From Cyanobacteria bacterium J06635_10 (GTDB lineage Bacteria > Cyanobacteriota > Cyanobacteriia > Cyanobacteriales > Nostocaceae), in assembly GCA_039820385.1 (NCBI GenBank), contig JBCBQE010000001.1:1-35387 (forward strand): a stretch of 35,387 nt of DNA, in the 5' to 3' direction. The notes beneath the pieces were generated by a model. That model did no database searches. It saw only the letters and a program-made list of their open reading frames with translations, and had not been told where the DNA came from. The translations under genes and the position numbers were made by a program. Shown piece by piece: positions 30,275 to 35,387 of this stretch (position 1 is its first letter; each line of letters starts with the position of its first letter).

Positions 30275-31315
30275 TCATTTATACAACTCCATAACTTGAG
30301 TTAAGGGCAATCTTGATTGAACGCCAAGACTCAAAGAAGAAGTATGTCCTCTGTTAAGGTGATCGGCAGCAGAGCAACCGATCATGGCGGCATTATCAGT
30401 ACAGAATTTTAGAGAAGGAAATAAAACTCGTAGGTTATTATTTTCTGCCGCTGCTTGTAATTGCTTTCTCAAACTGCTGTTAGCTGCGACTCCCCCACCC
30501 ACAGCGATAGTATCCAAACCATAATCTAAAGCACAAGTTATAGCTCTTTTAGTCAGCGCTCTGGCTACCGTATCCTGAAAACTTGCTGCTACATCTGCTA
30601 CAGGAATTTCAGCATTTTTTTTCTCTAACTGTTGTACCAGTCGCAATACCGCAGTTTTTAATCCGCTAAAACTGGCATCGTAGGGATGATAGCCTCCTTG
30701 AGGTAAAGAAACTCTTCCTTCTGGCAATTTAAAGGAGTTTGGATCCCCAAGTTGTGCCAGTTTATCGATTATTGGTCCTCCCGGATATCCTAACTTTAAC
30801 AACCGCGCTACTTTGTCAAATGCTTCACCTGCTGCGTCATCCCGTGTTGCTCCTAAGCTTTCATAGACTCCGCAATCTTTGACATGGATTAAGCTTGTAT
30901 GCCCCCCCGAAACCAATAAGCTGAGAAATGGAGTCTCAAGGGTAGTTTCGCTTAAGTAATTCGCATAAATATGACCTTCGAGGTGATGAATTCCCAAAAA
31001 TGGTAAGGAATGCACCATACATAGAGTCTTAGCAGCAGTCAAACCCACTAACAGTGCCCCTACTAATCCAGGGGCACAAGTTGCAGCCACACCGTCAATT
31101 TCTTTCCAATCCAATTTTGCTTCTTGTAAAGCAAGGGCTATGCCTGAGTTTATAGTTTCTAAATGTAATCGGGAAGCAACTTCTGGCACTACTCCACCAT
31201 AATTTTTATGGACTGAAATTTGTGATGCTACGACATTGCTACAAACTTGACGATTGTTAACAATTGCTACGGCAGTTTCATCGCAGCTAGTTTCTATTGC
31301 TAAAACAGTTGCCAT
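30275..31315 (-). CDS. tsaD: tRNA N6-adenosine threonylcarbamoyltransferase
   Basis: [38 protein letters not shown] and CTDNAAMI. Confidence 0.96.
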   Translation of the reverse strand: MATVLAIETSCDETAVAIVNNRQVCSNVVASQISVHKNYGGVVPEVASRLHLETINSGIALALQEAKLDWKEIDGVAATCAPGLVGALLVGLTAAKTLCMVHSLPFLGIHHLEGHIYANYLSETTLETPFLSLLVSGGHTSLIHVKDCGVYESLGATRDDAAGEAFDKVARLLKLGYPGGPIIDKLAQLGDPNSFKLPEGRVSLPQGGYHPYDASFSGLKTAVLRLVQQLEKKNAEIPVADVAASFQDTVARALTKRAITCALDYGLDTIAVGGGVAANSSLRKQLQAAAENNNLRVLFPSLKFCTDNAAMIGCSAADHLNRGHTSSLSLGVQSRLPLTQVMELYK

Positions 31316-31493
31316 CTATAGAGGTACGCCAAATAAAAATTTTCTTGGAGAAGCTTTAACTTTTATTTACTTCAACTTTACTCAGTTTACGCATCAAGAG
31401 TATGATCGCTTCTTAGTTACACAAATTTAAATTTGTACAAGCCGCTTCGTTTTGTACAAAATTTTTTGTTTCGTAATAAAAGGAAACAAATCC

Positions 31494-31988
31494 ATGAGAC
31501 GCTTGTTTGCTCTAATTTTAGCTGTTTGTTTGGCGTTTAATTTCGCCCCACCAGCCTTATCTCTAGGCGCTGACCTAGTACCGTGCAGCGAATCCGCTGC
31601 TTTTCAAGAACGTGCTGCGGCCGCCCGCAACACTACTGCTGACCCCAATGCTGGGGCAAAAAGGTTTGAACGGTATTCTCAGGCGCTTTGTGGTCCAGAG
31701 GGTTTACCTCATTTGATTGTAGATGGTCGTTTAAGTAATGCTGGTGACTTTTTGATCCCTGGCATTATATTTCTTTACATTGCTGGCTGGATTGGCTGGG
31801 TAGGTCGTGCTTACCTGATCGCTGTCAGGGGAGATAAAAATGCCGAAATGAAGGAAATAATTATCGACGTACCTACAGCATTACCCCTTATGCTTTCTGG
31901 TTTTGCTTGGCCTGCAGCAGCAATCAAAGAATTGCTTTCGGGTGAATTGACTGCAAAGGATGAAGAAATTCCAATTTCTCCACGCTAG
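31494..31988 (+). CDS. psaF: Photosystem I subunit III
   Basis: Signal peptide MRRLFALIL..., [28 protein letters not shown] and ISPR. Confidence 0.96.
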   Translation: MRRLFALILAVCLAFNFAPPALSLGADLVPCSESAAFQERAAAARNTTADPNAGAKRFERYSQALCGPEGLPHLIVDGRLSNAGDFLIPGIIFLYIAGWIGWVGRAYLIAVRGDKNAEMKEIIIDVPTALPLMLSGFAWPAAAIKELLSGELTAKDEEIPISPR

Positions 31989-32170
31989 TCGCAATGGTTA
32001 ATTGAGAAGGTTGTTAATAGCTCTACAAGCTAGGTAAAGACAAGCAAAATTATGAATCATAATTTATTTTCCGGCTGTCTTTAAAACCACTTTTCTTAAT
32101 TCGACACAGGCGTAAATCTACTCATCCAAAATTTATCCACCTGCTTTTCATTACTCGGGAGTAATAATTC

Positions 32171-32305
32171 ATGCAGCAAAATAATTTCTTGACGTATCTT
32201 TCCCTCGCACCAGTATTACTGTTTGCGATGTTGATATTTACTGCGGTTTTGTTGATTGTCTTCAACAACATTTTTCCAGATCTATTATTCCATCCACTAC
32301 CGTAA
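32171..32305 (+). CDS. psaJ: Photosystem I subunit IX (44 aa, absent from the ORF track)
   Basis: Translates to MQQNNFLTYLSLAPVLLFAMLIFTAVLLIVFNNIFPDLLFHPLP, with YLS.APV and FPDLL motifs. GGGAG RBS; follows psaF. Confidence 0.93.
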   Translation: MQQNNFLTYLSLAPVLLFAMLIFTAVLLIVFNNIFPDLLFHPLP

Positions 32306-32516
32306 CCAATTGAACGAGGCAACAATGGCGTTGCTGACCTTAATTGATTGGCTAAGTCTTTCTCCTTGAAAGACAGTGTGAGCGTAGCGAAAACTTTGTA
32401 TAAACAGTAGTTTCGCTGTTCTTGCACAGCCGATATTTTTACTCCGTCAGGTGCAGCTAACGCCTTCGTAAGGTTTTGCACAAAGATTCTGCTCTAGAAT
32501 TTCTGACGATGCTCGG
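32306..32516 (+). other. Multi-hairpin structured segment of unknown identity
   Basis: Seven closely spaced stems, several with + strand G-U pairs (see findings). Confidence 0.4.
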
Positions 32517-32756
32517 CGGCAAATTGGATATACAAAAAAATGTTGTTGGAGTTATAAGTTCACCTGTAACTTACAGTTCCGATTAAATCCCTATTAATAT
32601 GGGAATAATTTTTTTGTGCAACTCGCTTTTGCTCATAGGGTAGAAGCGAGTTTTATGTTTATTAATTTTTCTAAAAATTGCTGTTAAAAATCTCTTCCAG
32701 ATACAATTATTAATATGTAGAAAAATACAAACTTATTGCAGAGGGAACACTTAAAT

Positions 32757-33284
32757 ATGTCAAATATGGCCCAAACAGCAAATGCATCGAAAAATAATTC
32801 TGGTGATTCTAGAAATCAGGAAGTTGTTTTTGCCGCCTCTGGCAATCCACAGTTAGGCAATTTAGAAACGCCAATTAATTCTTCTCCGTTAAGCAAATGG
32901 TTTATCGGCAACTTACCAGCTTATCGTCCCGATCTAACTCCTTTCAGACGAGGATTGGAAGTTGGTATGGCTCACGGTTACTTATTATTTGGTCCATTTT
33001 CAAAATTAGGTCCACTGCGTAATGCGGCATCAGCTAACTTGGCTGGGTTGCTTTCGACAATCGGCTTGGTGGTGATTCTCACTGCTTGCTTATCTTTGTA
33101 TGCTAATAGCAATCCACTTAAACCAGTTGCGATGGTAACTGTGCCCAATCCACCTAGCGATTTTAACACTACCGAAGGTTGGAACAATTTTGCGAGTGCT
33201 TTTTTAATTGGTGGCATTGGTGGTGCGGCATTTGCCTACTTCTTAATCAGTAACCTAGGATTTATCCAAGGTTTATTTGGTTGA
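32757..33284 (+). CDS. psaL: Photosystem I subunit XI
   Basis: GNLETPIN, NLPAYR and RGLEVGMAHGY. Start at 32757 or 32766. Confidence 0.96.
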   Translation: MSNMAQTANASKNNSGDSRNQEVVFAASGNPQLGNLETPINSSPLSKWFIGNLPAYRPDLTPFRRGLEVGMAHGYLLFGPFSKLGPLRNAASANLAGLLSTIGLVVILTACLSLYANSNPLKPVAMVTVPNPPSDFNTTEGWNNFASAFLIGGIGGAAFAYFLISNLGFIQGLFG

Positions 33285-33315
33285 TATTCGGTTTCATACC
33301 TCTTTTACCCAATAA

Positions 33316-33849
33316 ATAGGGTTTAAAGCTTTGTCTTTTAAAGAGGACACAATCTGCTATTTGTGGTAATGCGTCCTACTACGCGCCTCCATAGCTAGTA
33401 TTGGCTTTCTCACGCCAACTACAATGCTTACTCTTGTATGAGGAAGGTTTCTAGGAAGCAGACTTATAAAACTGGTCGAAGTTCAAAACTCCGGAGCGTA
33501 GGGCGGGAGATGTAGAACGAGGTAGGGCATAAATGCCCTCGCGCTTTGGTACAATTTTATTGTCAGTATAAGACATTAAAACCGTGAGGGTGGGACTCTC
33601 GGAAAGTATACGCCCAAATCTCGATATGCCGCCTTGCGGCGGCACGCTAGTGCTATCGGCGAGTTGGAAGGAAATATCACTCCGCCCACAGGGTACCCAT
33701 AAGAATTTTTTTAGAAGAAAAAAATTCTTATGGGAGCCCGTGTTGGCAAACGGGGGTATCCGGGTTACCCGGCAGCTATAAGAGGATATTTCAAGCTATG
33801 CTGCCTAGGCTTGAAAGAATCTCCCGTCTTCCAGGCGGGAGAGTATCAA
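33316..33849 (+). mobile_element. Non-autonomous IS200/IS605-family remnant
   Basis: Right end AAGAATCTCCCGTCTTCCAGGCGGGAGAGTATCAA (subterminal hairpin plus TCAA). tnpB-3'-like ACCGTGAGGGTGGGACTCTCGGAAAGTATACGCC. Left-end-like AATAGGGTTTAAAGC...GAGGAC. No intact transposase. Left boundary uncertain. Confidence 0.65.
33691..33739. repeat. ~49-bp palindromic element, copy 1
   Basis: GGGTACCCATAAGAATTTTTT...AAAAAATTCTTATGGGAGCCC. Confidence 0.85.
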
Positions 33850-33877
33850 TAAGTAGTTGTTAGCAGCCAAAAATGCA

Positions 33878-33923
33878 AAAGGACACAACACAAAGACTTT
33901 TATTGTCTTGGTTAGTGTCCTTT
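33878..33923. terminator. Hairpin, probable terminator between psaL and gmk
   Basis: AAAGGACAC...GTGTCCTTT with inner AAGAC/GTCTT. Confidence 0.5.
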
Positions 33924-34083
33924 GTTTTTAACTAATACGCCGATTCTTGTATCTAATTTTGAACTGATAAGGGCATTAAGTGCCGAACTCCGTCGGGGAA
34001 AACGCTTATCCTGCGGGTTGGAGACGGCCGTATAGGCTTTTTTGCGGCTTAAACAGCTGTTTTGACCCAAAATATTGAGTCAA

Positions 34084-34131
34084 GGGTTCCCATAAGAATT
34101 TTTTCTCCTAAAAAAATTCTTATGGGTTCCC
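34084..34131. repeat. 48-bp palindromic element, copy 2 (inverted), flanked by GTCAA direct repeats
   Basis: GTCAA-GGGTTCCCATAAGAATTTTTT...AAAAAATTCTTATGGGTTCCC-GTCAA. Confidence 0.85.
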
Positions 34132-34239
34132 GTCAAGCCACCAAAAATCATCGAAAGTTATCTGTCTTAACCGATTAATTTTGGATAACTTTAATGAAGC
34201 CCCAAGGTAGTGGCTTAGCTTGCAGTGCGATCAAAATAA

Positions 34240-34845
34240 TTACCTATCCGAAAATATAGCCATTTCAATCTCATTAACTGCAGTTTCTAAATCTTCATTC
34301 ACAATTTGAATATGGAATTCAGAAGCAGAATTAATTTCTTCTTTGGCACGCTTTAGGCGGCGCGATATAGCCTCTTCGGAATCTTTTTTTCTACCGCGTA
34401 TCCGCTTCTCTAATTCATTAAATGTTGGTGGAAGTATAAAAATACTCAACAAATCGGGAAATACAGCAGGAATTTGTCGTGCTCCTTCCAACTCAATTTC
34501 AAGTAATACAGACTTTCCAGACTTCATAAGGTCAATTACTGGTTCGCGAGGGGTGCCGTATAAATTACCAGCAAACTCCGCCCACTCCAAAAATTCATCT
34601 TCCTCGATTAACCGTTGGAATTCAGTACGGCTAATAAAATAGTAGTCTTTGCCATCCACTTCTCCTCGACGAGGAGAACGGGTAGTAGCTGATATTGAGT
34701 AATTAAGTTCGGGATGACGCGAAAGAAGTAATCGCATTAAAGTGCCTTTACCGACACCACTAGGACCTGTTAAAACAATCAGTTTACCTTGAGACAGTAA
34801 TTTGTTAGTATTAGCACCACTTTTAGTCGATAAGACTTGCATCAT
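34240..34845 (-). CDS. gmk: Guanylate kinase
   Basis: [34 protein letters not shown] and YGTP. Start at 34845 or 34842. Confidence 0.96.
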   Translation of the reverse strand: MMQVLSTKSGANTNKLLSQGKLIVLTGPSGVGKGTLMRLLLSRHPELNYSISATTRSPRRGEVDGKDYYFISRTEFQRLIEEDEFLEWAEFAGNLYGTPREPVIDLMKSGKSVLLEIELEGARQIPAVFPDLLSIFILPPTFNELEKRIRGRKKDSEEAISRRLKRAKEEINSASEFHIQIVNEDLETAVNEIEMAIFSDR

Positions 34846-35026
34846 CCGCTTTCCCTGTGAATCATTTATATACATTATTCACCAGTCAACAGCCATTTGT
34901 TAGTTTAGTAAATGACTATTGCCTAGTGAGATTTGTATCATGGGCAACTTTAGAATCGTTGCTTAATTCACATGTTACAGAAAAATGTATACATTATCAG
35001 AGTAAGGATATCGACCCATACACCTT

Positions 35027-35293
35027 TTAATTATCTACAACATGATGTTCGCGGGAAATAACGAAACGATTTGCTACCGTTTCCGGCTGGATAGCTGAAA
35101 GGATAACGTGACTCGAATCAGTTATAATAACAGCCCTTGTCCGACGACCGTAAGTTGCATCAATCAGTTGACCTCTATCTCGCGCATCGGTAATGATTCG
35201 CTTGATGGGGGCTGATTCTGGACTGACAATTGCAACTACTCGGTTGGCAGAAACAATATTGCCGAAACCGATGTTGATTAACTGAATGTCCAT
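35027..35293 (-). CDS. remA: DUF370/RemA-family regulator
   Basis: [28 protein letters not shown]...[13 protein letters not shown], in the usual position upstream of gmk. Confidence 0.92.
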   Translation of the reverse strand: MDIQLINIGFGNIVSANRVVAIVSPESAPIKRIITDARDRGQLIDATYGRRTRAVIITDSSHVILSAIQPETVANRFVISREHHVVDN

Positions 35294-35387
35294 AAGAAAA
35301 CTGAAGATAAATATGTGTGAGGATTAGACATGACGAATCATGCCTTTAAAAGCAACTATTTTTTGGGGATAACATGGAAAATAGTTG

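Noticed and set aside
32122-32481. 119-aa minus-strand ORF
   Set aside because: It overlaps psaJ antisense and the hairpin-rich segment and has no recognisable domain.
33451-33781. 64-65 aa ORFs in the IS remnant
   Set aside because: They read through palindromic repeat sequence and have no transposase or RuvC motifs.
33960-34040. CTGATAAG-GGCA..TGCC-GAAC (hammerhead-like) and CTTATC..GGAGACGGCC (SAM-I-like) motifs
   Set aside because: The hammerhead core is non-canonical (no CUGANGA/GAAA) and stems I/III are unsupported. The SAM-I P1 closing strand and GCAACC core are missing, and no gene lies downstream on that strand.
966-34642. Many antisense or out-of-frame ORFs inside housekeeping genes (e.g. 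966-1433, 4505-4819, 9002-9364, 18387-18911, 25429-25755, 34343-34642)
   Set aside because: Shadow ORFs of well-supported genes with no independent motifs.

Overview
AT-rich chromosomal window from a cyanobacterium, very likely a heterocyst-forming Nostocales/Rivulariaceae-type genome. This rests on repeated HIP1 octamers (GCGATCGC), STRR-type tandem repeats and the psaF-psaJ-psaL-gmk-remA order. Most of it is conserved housekeeping content: spsB, 6S RNA, rbpG-like RRM protein, M48-like protein, prfC, pdhB, secD, secF, tsaC, prmC, tic22, tRNA-Pro, tsaD, psaFJL, gmk, remA. The most notable observations are: (1) an ORF-poor, extensively base-paired ~580-nt segment (6091-6674) whose G-U pairs all favour the + strand, lying between a canonical NtcA-type promoter and a 13-bp terminator hairpin, a candidate nitrogen-regulated large ncRNA; (2) hemB reduced to a 95-aa ORF by two in-frame internal deletions; (3) a ChlH-like Mg-chelatase gene interrupted by an in-frame TAA beside a palindromic repeat expansion, with a truncated HEAT-repeat gene fused antisense to its 3' end; (4) a multi-hairpin segment between psaJ and psaL; (5) a non-autonomous IS200/IS605 remnant that keeps a TnpB omega-RNA-like right end; and (6) several MITE families. 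All calls come from reading the sequence and recalled family knowledge. No database search or folding program was run.
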